Below, piece after piece: positions 1 through 16,404 of a DNA stretch of 64,000 nt. This DNA is from the human T2T-CHM13v2.0 reference genome, Homo sapiens. The stretch lies in NCBI RefSeq assembly GCF_009914755.1, contig NC_060945.1, one strand, 5' to 3'. Made by a program: the position numbers and the translations under genes. Numbering within the stretch: position 1 is the stretch's first letter; each line of letters starts with the position of its first letter. Below the pieces are notes generated by a model. It did not search any database, was not told the origin of the DNA, and was given only the letters and a program-made list of their open reading frames with translations.

Positions 1-1779
1 TATACGTGACAGTATAACAAATAATATAGATCTTGAAAATTCAAAGTGTGTTCTATATAAAGTCTAACTATATGTATATATTTATTTAATAAGAAATTAC
101 ATACATAAAAGTAAACTGTGCATATTTGCTGCATTTAGAAAATATATCTGAAATTCAAGTCTTTCCACATGAAAACTTCTAAAATTATTTGGATTGGCTT
201 GTGTAATCGAAGTCAAATAGAAAAGCACAGTTAACATAAACTTTCAAAATAAAAACAATGTAGAATCTGTGTAAAATTATCAGGGACCTAAATGTGAGAT
301 TATATGCTTATTTTTCACTTTGAAGATTTTAAAAGACATCACATTTCATTAACTGTCTGAAAAGGAGTGCACAAAAATTAATTTGGAGTAGATGTTCCTC
401 CTTGCTATTAGCTAACTGAAGGTTTTGCATCAAGACGCTGAGATGATATCTTTAAACCAGATACTTTTTGATTAACTAATTTCTTAGAGGTTTAATAGAT
501 AATCCAGTAAAGTAGCTGCTAAGATTCAGTATGCCAAAAGAATCTAATGGGAGATTCTGGTAAAAATTCAAATTTTTGGTTCCATGTCCTTAGAAATTTT
601 AAAAAAGAATGTCTGTAGTTCTCTCATGAAATTTGTAAAAGCAGCTTAGATATTTTAAATGCAATTTTTCTGGAGGACCATAATCTGAGAGACATGGATC
701 TAGAAGAGCAAATAGATAACATGCTGATTATTTTAGCAGATCTGTATGCCAGGGTTCATTCCATCAACTTACAATCTAATTTCATTTATTTGCAGATATA
801 AATATACGTACACGTAAAAAGAAGGATACAGTAAAAAGTCATGGCAAACACTTCAGTCCTTCTCCACAGATACAATCATTATTGATAAATTTCTGTGTAC
901 ATTTTGGAAACCTGCTATGCATATAAACTCAACACTCACTTTTGTAAGTGATCATGAAACTACATCAGGGTGAAACATTCTTATTCTTAAGATGAAGGCA
1001 GAAATAAACTAGCAGCATGCCTTTGACTCCAGGATACACTCACCAACCTGACATCTGTAACAGTAGCCATTTCCTCTCAATTATAATTAGCAATATTCAT
1101 TGCTTCACTGAACAGAGTTCCCAACTAATCATGACTGACTACATTTAAAATACCAGTTTCTAGAATGGAAACTTAGATTGATATTTGAAATGTCAGCTTC
1201 CATTTGAAGAAATGATAGCTGACAAATACAAGTAATGCATGGAGAGTAGATGATGAAAATTATTTAAATATATACAGTAGAAAAGAGATAATGACTCCTT
1301 TTGCTATATGCACTAGATAGCATTAGGAGGTGAACTAATAGAAAAGTTTTTAATTTTTTTCTTATCTTCTCATGATTAATAGTGGATTCATTCTAAAGAA
1401 GCTAAGGAAGCACTTGTCAGAAAGTTGGTAGAACCAGCTCTTAAAATCGACTTTGAACCTTGCCAGTCATGTCATCGTGACCAAGCCACTTAAATGGGTA
1501 GTTCTATAGCATCCTTACCTACAAAATAAAACTAATCATCACTGACACAATTTCTAGCTAAAAACTTGTTTTGATCCTGAAATAGGCCTGTGTTTGTCTC
1601 TTCGCATATTGTGTTTCTGTGTCTCTCTCACAAACTTTGAGTTGGCACCTAGCCCCTCTTCTCATTTCACCTTTTCTTGATTTCTCTCTCAGAAAAGGTC
1701 TTGGCATTTTACTGGGGCATTGAACTGTGGGTGAATATGTGCTCAGAAAGAGAGGAATTTATAGATCAAAGCTGGATAA

Positions 1780-2054
1780 TTTTTTTTTTTTTTTTTTTGA
1801 GACAGAGTCTGGCACTGTCGCCCAGGCTGGAGTGCAGTGGCGCAATCTCGGCTCACTGAAAGCTCCGCCTCCCAGGTTCACGCCATTCTCCTGCCTCAGC
1901 CTCCCGAGTAGTTGGGACTACAGGTGCCCACCACCACACCAGGCTATTTTTTTGTATTTTTAGTAAAGACGGGGTTTCACCGTGTTACCCAGGGTGGTCT
2001 TGATCTCCTGACCTCGTGATCCGCCCGCCTCGGCCTCCCAAAGTGCTGGGATTA
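1780..2054 (-). mobile_element. AluY, slightly 5'-truncated
   Basis: Poly-T then reverse Alu with Y-type diagnostics (GTTCACGCCATTC, GATCTCCTGACCTCGTGATCC). TSD GGATAATTTTT at 1774-1784 and 2055-2065, followed by AA (L1 endonuclease TTTT/AA site). Confidence 0.95.
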
Positions 2055-2190
2055 GGATAATTTTTAAAAATAGCTTTATTAAGATGTAATTCACACAGTA
2101 TACAATAAGCCCATTTAGAGTACAAAAGTTAGTGTTCTTGAAAATATATTCACAGAGTTTTGTAATCATTGTCACGATCTATTTTAGAAC

Positions 2191-2275
2191 TGTCTTAAAC
2201 ACATGAGGCTGCTATAACAAAATACCATCAGCAAAGTGACTTATAAAAAACAGAAATTTACTTCTCACAGTTCTG
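2191..2275 (-). mobile_element. MLT1 (MaLR) LTR fragment
   Basis: GGCTGCTATAACAAAATACCAT...CAGAAATTTACTTCTCACAGTTCTG is the typical MLT1 terminus. Confidence 0.7.
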
Positions 2276-2569
2276 CACCATTCAATATTCATACCAGGAG
2301 TGATGGAGATTTCCAATATCTCCACATCTGTGTTAGGCCATTCTTGCATTGCTATAAAGAAATACCCGAGGCTGGGTAATTTATGAAGAAAAGAGGTTTA
2401 ATTAGCTCACAATTCTGCAGGACAGGAAGCATACTGCTAGCATCTGCTTGGCTTCTGAGGAGGCCTCAGGGAGCTTTTACTCATAGCAGAAGGTGAAACA
2501 GGAGCAGAAACGTCATGTGGCAAAAGCAGGATCAAGAGAGAGCAACATGGGGGGTGGAAACTAACATAC

Positions 2570-2864
<295 letters not shown>

Positions 2865-2894
2865 ACTACCACACACTTTTAAACCAACAGATCT

Positions 2895-3206
2895 GTTTTT
2901 TGTTGTTTTTGTTTTTTGTTTGTTTGTTTTTGAGATGGAGTCTTACTCTATCACTCAGGCTGGAGTGTAGTGGCAACCTCCCCCACCCTCCCCACCCCCA
3001 CGTTCAAGTGATTCTCTTGCCTCAGCTTCCTGAGTAGCTTGGATTACAGGCACCCACCACCACGCCTGGCCAATTTTTGTGTTTTCAGTGGAGACAGCAT
3101 TTCACCATGTTGGCCGGGCTGGTCTCGAACTCCTGACCTCAAATGATCTGCCTGCCTCGGCCTCCCAGAGTGCTGGGATTACAGGCGTGAGCCACAGTGC
3201 CAGACC
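2895..3206 (-). mobile_element. AluS (Sx/Sz-like) with rearranged C-rich patch
   Basis: (TTTG)n tail. 14-bp TSD AAACCAACAGATCT/AAAGCAACAGATCT (2881-2894, 3207-3220). Confidence 0.93.
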
Positions 3207-3580
3207 AAAGCAACAGATCTTGTATGAATTCAGTGTGAGTGCTCACTTATCACCAAGGCGATGGCCCAAGCCATTCATGAGCAATCTGTCCCCATGATCC
3301 AAACATCTCCCACCAGACCTCACCTCCAAGATTGGGGATTACATTTCAACATGAGATCTATGCAGGGACATACATTCAAACTATATCAACATATTCACCA
3401 ATACTTTTAATTACCTTGTGGCTCTTTAAAAAAAAAAAGAATCATAGCCTCCCTAGTGGGTATGAGATGAAATCTCATTGTGGTTTTAATTTACATTTCC
3501 TCATGTCTCTGGTATTGAGCATCTTTTAATGTTTTGGCCATAAATGCTTTTATATCTTTTGTGGACAAACGTGTTTTTAG

Positions 3581-4000
<420 letters not shown>

Positions 4001-5624
4001 TGATGGTATCCAACCTATCTATTTTATTTTTTGTTACTGTTGCTTTAGATGTCCTATCTTCAAATCTCTAACCTAAAAATCCATAAATATTTCATCCTAT
4101 ATTTTCTGTTAATAATTTTATAAATTAAGCACATAGATTAATAATTTTTACTCCTTTTGAACAAAATTTTATGTATGCTATGTGGAATGTGCCCAACTTT
4201 GTTCTTTTACGTATGGTTGTCCAAAAGACTATTATTTCCCTTATTTATTTGTCTTAGAACCCTTGTCTAAAATCAGTTGACTGAAAATGTGACATTTTAT
4301 TTCAGAAATCTCAGTTCTGCTCCATTCATCTCTAGGTTTACCTTCTGTCAGTGAAATACTGTCTCACTTAAAGTAGCTTTGTCTCAAGTTTCAAAATCAG
4401 GAATTGTGAGTTCTCTAATATTGTTTTTCAAAATAGCTTTGGCTATTCTGAGTAGGTTGAATTTCCATACAAATTTTAGGATCAATTTTAATTTCTGCAT
4501 TTAAGACGACTGGAATTTTAATAGATATTTTTCAATTTAGAGATTATTTCTATTTTAACTGAGTCTTCTGATCTATGAACATGGAATATTTTTCAAATTA
4601 CTTAACTCATCTTTAATATTTTTTCTACCACATATCTTAGTTTTCATAATATAAGTTTAATACTTTTTTGTTAAATTTATTCCTGTTTAATGTTTTCTCA
4701 CTATTAAAATTAAATTGTTTTAATTGCATTTTTATTGGTATTGTGTAAAAGCACAATTGGGTTTTGCATGTTGATTTGGTATCCTGCAACCTTGTTAAAT
4801 TTATTTATTGGTTGTATCTAGTACATTCTTAAATTAACTACTTAGAATTTTCTATATATACAAGAAGAAATTCAACTTTGTTATGGTATAAAATCCTTTT
4901 CATTCATTACTAGATTGCTAGTATTTTTTTGAGTATATTTTGTTTGCTTATATTTATAAATAATATTGGTCTGTAGTTCTTTTTTCTTGTGATATCTTTG
5001 GTTCTGACATTAAAAGCTTCTGCAAAATTGTTCTGTTTGTAATTGACAGTCCACTGTTAAAGTGTCCAACTATTATTGTTGAGTTGTCTATACTTCCTTT
5101 CAATTTGTTGGGTATTTTATGCATTCAGGGGCTCTCTGAGGTGCATATGTGTTTAAAATTGCTATATCTTCAATTGTAGTGATTTTTATGTCTTTATAAA
5201 ATGTTCTTCTTTATCTCTAGTGTCATGCTTTGCTCTAAAGTCTATTTTATATGAAATTTGTAAAGTGATTCCAAATGTTTTAAGGTTGCTGTTTGCATGA
5301 TATATCACTTTCCATCCTGCTACTTTCAATTTATTTCTTTATTTGAATATAAATTTTGCATCATATGGACAGAATATAGTTGGAGCTTTTTAACTCTCTA
5401 GTCTGACAATTTCTGCATTTTGATGAGATTGTTTAATTCATTTTCATCTAATGTTATTATAGATATAGTTGGATTTGCCTTTGCATTTTAGTCTTTCTAT
5501 ATTTTCCATATCTTTTTTTGTCTGTCTATTCCCCCTTTAATGCTTTCTTTTTCCATTAAGTGAATAGCTGCCAATGTTACATGTTAATTATTTCAACAAT
5601 TTTTTCACTATATTCTTGCGTTAA

Positions 5625-5949
<325 letters not shown>

Positions 5950-8722
5950 TACAATAGACTTCTTAACTTACGAGAAACTACTTCAGTTTTACACTAACTT
6001 TATTCTTGTGAGACATAGAAAAGGTGTTCCTCTATAACCCTATCCTCTCTATTGTCTTTTTGTGCTTTTCCTTTTACACATATTGCATCTATATATGTTA
6101 TAAGCCCAAAATACATTACTGTAATTATTACTTTATAATTTTGTATCTGCTAAAGAAGTTAAGAAATAAGAGAACAAGAATATATGCATAGTGTTTGTTA
6201 TCTTAATCTTATTTATTTTCTTTCTCCCCATTTGTTTCTGTGGATTTAAGTAGTCATGTGAAGTCATTTTCTTAACTCAAATGTAACTTTGCTCCCACCT
6301 GTCTTAGTTGTGCTGTTATTGCCAAATATATTACCTTTTTGTATGTTATGGGCCCAGCAATACAGTTGTGTACATATTGTTTTATACCATTGATTTTTAA
6401 ATCAGTTGAGAATAAGAAAGTGTAATAAATATGTATCTGTATAGCGTTTTGTAGTTATATAGTTGCTATGACTATTACTTGATTATCTGGTATGAATTGG
6501 AATTACCATATATGGTCACTTGTTAGCCTGAAGAACTTCTTTTACTATTTATTTTAGGGTATATCTGCTAGCAACAAATTCTCTCAGACCAACAAAGATC
6601 CCGTGACTCTGGCCTGCTGTTCCCATATTGGGGCATGTGAACTCATATTTGATGAATAACAGAGTGGGACACGTTTAACATCTCTCACTTATCAAATGAG
6701 AGTGGTATATTCAAGAACATGGAAAGCATAGGTCCAGTGACATTTGAGCTTTTCATGAAAAATTAAAATATTTTTTTTCAGTTTTTTGGAGAGACTGTGC
6801 TCCTCTGTACAGTCTTCAGCAGTATCAAGTTGGAAGCTAAGTGGGGAATGCCTACTTTACTCAATGGGTAGAATTCAAGGCCACTGTCAACGCCTGGTCA
6901 ATAATCCTCTTGATGAATCTTGTGTTGTTTTTAGTGATGGTGTTGGGGCTTCCACTTGGAAAACCACAGATGGGCAGCTGGTGAAGGTGCACTGCTCAAT
7001 TCCTCCCACTGCTTCTGGGATCCATCACCGTTCCAAACATGTCAGCATATCTACCCTCACAGACCAGACGCAAAGCACAGGACTGTTTCTGATGCAGAGT
7101 CTACTACTGCTTACCAGCTTTGTAAATCTAAAAGATGAACTGTTTGTTTCCTGGAAGAATGCAGTTTGAATAGAGTGGAGGATGTATGAAACATTTGTGA
7201 AGGGTAATTTTTTGCCTTCCCTCTATGATGAAACTGGGAACATTAACATTTCAGATTCCAATTGTAAGTATAGTGGGAGGGCAAAAACTTCAGGATACTA
7301 ATAATTTTTACCTGGCATATTGTGTGTGAACAGAGAGAATGAAATAGAAGAGAATATTGGGGAAATGTAATCATATGTCATTCATCATAAAGCCTGCTAA
7401 TAGTAGAATATTAGAATTACAATTAAGTAGCTTTCTTCTTCTCCTCCAGCCCTCTTCTGTCCCTTGCTTTGGGATTCTAAAGCAAGAGTATATTTAGGAT
7501 AGGAACTTCCTCTGACCTCTGTGCTGGATGAGTTGGTGGTTTTATATATACAGATTTACCCTGACCCCTTCCCCCCAAAAAATGATATCAATCATATTAA
7601 TTTTGTTTTCTTAAAATCGTGTTATGACTTTTCATAAGCACAGTTGTTTTATGCTGTTAAATATATAAGATCAGTCCTTAAAACAGATCAAGATGTAACA
7701 TAATATAGTTCTTTCATAACAGATCCTTACTAATTTTCTCAAGTATTCTCTGTTGTCCCTGCCATAAAAATTTTGGCCTAAAAAAAACGAACAGGTGGTG
7801 TGACAGTAAGAAGCCATGTGGATGTTAATATGACATTGCTTTCTGCAGAAAAAGAGAAAATGCTTTCAAAATTTCAGGCTGCCAATCGATTTAGCTGGCA
7901 CCTGCCGACTAAACTGTCACAGTATTTTAAGAGCAGGCATGTTGCCATCATAACAGATGGTTATGTGTATTGATAGCCAAGTGATCATGTATGTACATTG
8001 GTTATGAGTGTTGAAGGCAAGCTGCTCAGTTAAGAAGGTCAAATGGCAGTCAGTCCAGAGCTTCCACAATTAATATTAACAGGGATAGCTGTCAACTTAT
8101 CATATCTTATTAGCTATTGCCTTATTTACCTCTTGAATAATTATAGAGCTACACCAATGAGATCTTTATATTGTAATGAACTGATTACCATCCAATGGCA
8201 TAGCAGATGCCCTGAATCCAGTACAGAAATAATTTCAATAGCAGAAAAATTAAAAGTGCATATATAAAGTGAATGGATATTTTGGTCATATATTTAGGGT
8301 TTTCTTTTTTATAAAAAGGGATTTGATGTGAAACATTTCTCTCCAAACTTTCTTTCAAATTTTAAACAAGGCTGTCTAGCAACCTCTTACATAAATAAGA
8401 ATTGCTTATTCATTTTGCGAAGTCACTGCATGGTTAAGAATCTAATTCAAGGCAGGCAATGCTTGATTCTTCCCAGTTATTTTTTCCATTCACATAAGCT
8501 AACTTCAAACTACACCGACTTATCCTGACCTCTTTCAATCTATCAACCTTAAATATGACACTAGTCTATAATTGTGTATTTATTTTGTTTCAAAAAAATT
8601 TGCTAAGAATCAGGGAAAAAACAAAACAAAACAAAATACCTATTTTTCTCCTGCTCTTTAGTAGCTTGCAACCAAAGAAACTAACGTTTTTAGTGAAGAA
8701 GAAAAAAATGAATGTACAACAA

Positions 8723-9635
<913 letters not shown>

Positions 9636-9810
9636 GTTGTTTTAGTGATAAACTTAATACAAACTCAGAAAACAAGGGGAGTATGTGGACTCTCTAGAAA
9701 AGGTAGAATTTGGAAATGAAAATGTAAGAACTTTTTATCAGATGAAGGGAAAGGGAATATTTTCCAGTGAGGGAAAACAGCATAAAGGTCCAATGAGCTA
9801 AGTGTAATAG

Positions 9811-10104
<294 letters not shown>

Positions 10105-10292
10105 TAATCAGCTTGCTAAAGACTGGCATTTGATAGATTGCCTAATAAATCTTAGAAACAATATCTACATATGCATGGAAGGGGCTATATAAGGATATAC
10201 ATATGAAAGAAGATACTAGTCTGCTTCATCAGATAAAATATGATAATAATATTGGTTAAATAAGTTTGAATACATTATGATAATGGTAATTA

Positions 10293-10532
10293 CATAATAA
10301 TTAACATTTATTTGGAATAATCAGTATGCTAATTGCTTCATATGCATCATTACACTTAATACCTGTAGCAAACCTACAAGATACTTAGTATTCTATTCAC
10401 AGTTTAATAACAGCATGGCACAGCTTAGAGAAGTTAAACTACTGGTACAGAGCCTTACTTAAATGAAAGAATGGACTGTGGATTCAATTTCAAGATTGCT
10501 TAATTTCAATGTTCATGTTCTTAACTACTACA
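10293..10532 (-). mobile_element. MIR
   Basis: Degenerate MIR core (TAACATTTATT...GCTTAGAGAAGTTAA...CATGTTCTTAACTACTAC). Confidence 0.55.
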
Positions 10533-10980
10533 TGAGGCTGGAGAAATAAGGACAAAATTCAAAACTAAGTAAAACAGTTTTAAACTAACAATCGTGGAAG
10601 GATAGAAACTAAAGGATTGAAATACCAGAATTTTAATCATAGATCTGCCACTTTCTAACTTTGAATTTTTTCCTAGCATTGATTTTGACTTTTCTAAAAT
10701 AAGGGTTGTTTATTTCAGGGTCTGTTTCTTCCCTGTAAAATTCTACAATTCTTGAAGGACATCTGATGTTGACTTTCTGAGAGTGGTATATTAGGAATTT
10801 ATGTATCAGAGTTTTAGTTTATGTTATAGATTGAATTAGAGGTTACCCACTACGTCACATTACATGATGATTTCTTTAACCACCAGATTTTAAAAACTAG
10901 TTTTTAGAATGTGAAGAGGCTCGCATATATATGTGTGCTGATGTGAGCACAGAAGACAGGAGCTCGAAGTTGCAGAATAA

Positions 10981-11433
<453 letters not shown>

Positions 11434-11594
11434 TAGAATTCCTAATCAAATTATTGTTATTAAAAATAATGTGGCCATTACCGATGCTTATGTAATGTCA
11501 TTGCAATTTTGGCTGCTCTATGTAAAGTCAGCATTATATTAAGAATTGGAGAAACTAACAAGAGATTAGAATGGCGAAAGGCAGGCTAGGAGAA

Positions 11595-11757
11595 GGCTTT
11601 TCAAAATTTAAGGTGCATAGGGATCATGTGGGAACCTTGCTAAAGTCTATACTCTGATTCAGGAGAACTTGGATGGGCCCTAAGATTCTGTATGTTTAAG
11701 GAGTTCCTAGGTGATCCTCATGTTGCCGCTGTTGAGCCACACTTGAGGCAGCAAACT
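11595..11757. mobile_element. MER5-type hAT-Charlie fossil
   Basis: TTCAAAATTTAAGGTGCATAGGGATCA...GGGCCCTAAGATTCTGTATG...CCTAGGTGATCCTCATGTTGC...CCACACTTGAG. Confidence 0.65.
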
Positions 11758-12070
11758 GCTGGGAGTCTACTACAGCCATCCAACACTGAGATGCGAAGGG
11801 CTTGAACAGGGTGATAGGATTAGAGTGGAGAGTTGTGGGTAAGACTGAAAGGAAGAGGAATGATGATGTTTAAAAAAAAATAAAAAAGTTAACCTATGGT
11901 GTCAGAAATATTTGTTTATAAGAACCCATGCAGTAAAATTATAACTCTAGATTTTAAAGCACATTTATGTATTTGCTGTTATTGAGAATGACATCCACTG
12001 AGTACAACTGAAAGAGTACATAGGAGATGGGTTTTACCCATGGTTTCAATGAATTCGAAATATCCTAAGA

Positions 12071-12461
12071 TGATGTGGCTTGGCTGTGTGTCTCCTCCCA
12101 AATCTCATGTTGAATTATGATCTTCCGTGTTGGAGGAGGAGCCCGGTAGGAGGTGATTGGATCATGGGGTTGGATTTCCCCTTTGCTGTTCTCATTATAG
12201 TGAGTGAGTTATCACAAGATCTGGTTGATTTAAAAGTGTGTAGCACTTCCCCCTTTGCTCTCGTTCGCTCTCCTACCACCATGTGAAGATGTGCTTGCTT
12301 TCCCTTTGACCTTCTGCCATGATTGTATGTTTCCTAAGACCTCCCAGCCATGCTTCTTATTTCTTAAACAGCCTGTGAAACTGAGCCATTTAAACCTCTT
12401 TTCTTTAAAATTACCCAGTCTCAGATAGTTCTTTATAGCAGTGTGAAAACAAATTAATACA
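12071..12461 (+). mobile_element. MSTA-like MaLR solo LTR
   Basis: TGATGTGGCTTGGCTGTG...CTTTATAGCAGTGTGAAAACAAATTAATACA. TSD TAAGA/TAAGG. Confidence 0.92.
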
Positions 12462-13144
12462 TAAGGTATCTTATTAAAAAAAAAATGTGAGTATGCCAAT
12501 GATCTTTAAATTCCTTGAACATGAAACAGGATTTTTTTGTGTGTGTCAACCAGGCCCTATTTTTCTAGGGAACCTCGGCACCGTCAGTTTTTTTAGCTTT
12601 TCACTTGGAATGATGTGTTTGCTCTCTATTTAGACTCACAGGCAATTTTGTTAGTTTCTGCGAGATTCCTGCCCACACTAACTCAACATTTGAATCTGCA
12701 CAGCTAGTCCTGCTATTTCTTCCTAAATACTAGATCTACAATCTTGGTAACATTAACCAGGTGAAGGGGTTATATGTATTCTTAGGGATCGATGAGCTAG
12801 ATTTCTACAATAATTTAACAATTTACAGGAAATAAACCATTGAATCAATGATACTGGGTGTGTCTTGTGCATAAAATAACCACATCAAAATAACAAAATG
12901 GAACATATAACAGTTAATTCATCATCAAAAACTGATATTGTATAATTTGGTGAACAGTCACACATTTGGGAAGACTTAAGAAACTCAGAATGATGGGCAT
13001 GTTTGGACTTTGCATATTAAACACAAATTTTAAATAACTTTTGCCAAAATAAAACTTTCTTTCTCTTCTTCAAGCAGATAATACTAATGTTTCCTAACAT
13101 ATGAAGTTGTTGGTGTTTACTTGACATTAATTGTTGCATTACTT

Positions 13145-14290
13145 TCTTGTCTATCTCCTTTCCTTCTTCTTAGAGCACTTAGGTTAGGAAATGTGTAATG
13201 TTAAATTCTTTCTTCATCCCTTTGAAATGTAAATCTTTTGAAAACCTCTCACCAGTTTTACAACCCAGGACTGTCTTTCTCAAGGACCTGGGAGCTATTC
13301 CTTTGAAAGTCATCATCAGGGAAAATAGTATCCCATCTTCCTGGCTCTGTGGGAGGGTAGGAGCCTATAGTCAGCCTAACTTGGAGCTTAACCACCTCCT
13401 TTCAAGAAGTTAGGAGAAAGTTTACTTTTCTTGTTTTTAATTAATTCATTAATTTTAAATTAAAAAATAAAAATTACATGTATGTATCATGTACAACTTG
13501 AAGTTTTAAATATGTATACACTGTGGAATGACTAAGTTGAGCTACATTATGTTAGCATATATATTAACATATGCATTATCTCACAAACATCATTTTTGTG
13601 GTGAGAAAATGCATCACAATTGCACTTGTAATCTACTTTCATCAATTTTCAAAAATATGATACACTGTAATTATATAATAACTCTATATAAATATTTATA
13701 ACTTTAGTCACCGTGTTGTAGAGTGAAGCTCTTGAAATTATTCTTCTTGTCTAACTGAAATTTTGTATCCTATAACCAATATCTCCTCACCCCAGCACCG
13801 AACCCCCAGTCCCTGGTAACCACATTATATTCTCTACTTTTATGAGGTCAACTTTTTAGATTCTACTTATGAGAGAGATGGTGAGGCATTTGTCTATTTG
13901 TGTCTGACTTTTTTAAATATACTTAGCATAATGTCCTCCAGGTTCATCCATGTTGTCACAAATAATTAGATCTCCTTCTTTTTTAAGGTTGAATAGTATT
14001 ATTCCCTATGTACTTTTCCTTTGGGTAAAACCAATTAGCAAACATAGAGAAAACACATTTGCAAACTCAGGAATAACTTAATGTGCTGGATACATCCCAT
14101 TGATCAACCTCCCATCAAAAGTCCTCCGATACTTTTCCACTAGCTCCGCTGAGCATTTACAAATGCTCCTGCCTTTTGCATTTCAGAACTGAGTATCCAG
14201 GCCTGCTCTGTGCTCTCTTCCCTATTGCTGGCAATGGTCTGGGAATAATATAAATTTGTTTGCTCATCTTGTTCTATTTTTTTAACATAC
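13145..14290 (+). mobile_element. MER34/MER39-like ERV1 LTR, split by an L1
   Basis: CCAGTTTTACAACCCAGGACTGTCTTTCTCAAGGACCTGGGAGC. It resumes after 14010 and is homologous to 53870-54480. Confidence 0.75.
13431..14010 (-). mobile_element. L1MA-type 3' end, 5'-truncated
   Basis: Reverse L1 3'UTR and ORF2 end (CTTAGCATAATGTCCTCCAGGTTCATCCATGTTGTC). TSD TACTTTTC at 13423 and 14011. Confidence 0.85.
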
Positions 14291-14545
14291 CAGATAATGT
14301 GACATAAAAGAAATATATTCACATAAGATTTCTCTGATAACAAAATCTAAAGAATATAAGAGATTATTTATATTAATTCTACATCCTGATATTGTGAATA
14401 TTCTACCAATGAGACATATTTTTTCTTGTAAGTGATCTCTATCTGAGATATTTCTGTATTTCTTAGTTATGGATATTGTCTATTTTTGCATTTTACTAAT
14501 ATAGAGAGCTTAAACTAATACACATAAAAAGGTATGAAAGTTTAA

Positions 14546-15280
<735 letters not shown>

Positions 15281-16404
15281 CAGCAGATTCCCTTGAATAA
15301 TTTTTTTCTTCATTTTCTTTATGTCTTTAGGACAGTTTTCATAGACTTTGAAAGTTTTCAATTTTTAATAATTTTTACCAGTTGTTATATCATTGAAAAG
15401 GGTCTGGGAACAGAATGCCATGACTTTTTGTTTTATTTACCAAAGTTTCATCCTATAATGGCCAATTTCAAAGGTCAGCAAATGCATTAAAGGTAAATTT
15501 CATGCACAGTTTGGTTCTTACACCACTTGTGATTTCTCTACCCTCTGAAATTGCATTATTTTTGTCAACTACATTTCAAACCTGTTTCTTCAGTACAGAA
15601 AGACACTCATATTTTCTGTTTCATGTCTGTGCACTTTTCTGCAAATTGAAAATTCCAGAAAGTTCACTTTAAAGATATGGCTATTTATGTTCAGCCTTTC
15701 TTGATTGTTTTCCATGTAGCTCTCCTTTTCTTCTTCCTGCTCCCCTTCCTTATCTTCTTTAATTTCAATACATTCCCAAAATTACACAATACTTTCAAGG
15801 GTGGTATAAATAACTTATCTTTTTGAACCATTTGAGTGTACCTGTCCAACATCATGTCTGATCACTCCCAGGAACAAACAAGGACATTCTCCTATATAAC
15901 CACAATATCACTGCCTCTTTCCATCACAGTTTTAGATTTCAGGTGACCTTGAGCCTTCAAAGGCCTTTGGGTAAGATATGTATTAAGCTGTTTATCCTTA
16001 GTGGGTAATATTCTCAAACACTTCATATATGACTAAGCAAGGTAATAAAACAATGAAAGTAAACATTTAGGGGCAAGTATCATAGAGAATAGTGAAAAAG
16101 TTAACTCCTTGAAGAGATAATCAGTACAAACAAAGAACATTCAAATGAGAACATTAATTATGTTGGTCTTTCCCTGTCCCATCATTGCACATTGGATGTG
16201 AGTAGGCCAAAAACATTGGTTTTGTATGATCTAGCCTTACTTATCAACCTTTTATGGATACTACTACATACAACCCAGACTCTCTGGATTTTAATTTCAA
16301 GACCAAGCATAATTTCAATTTTGTGTTATCTCTCATGGAACAGGGTTAATGTAGTCTACATGGAGAAAGAAAGAAGAAAAGTTTTCCCTCCATCCCCTCA
16401 CAGG

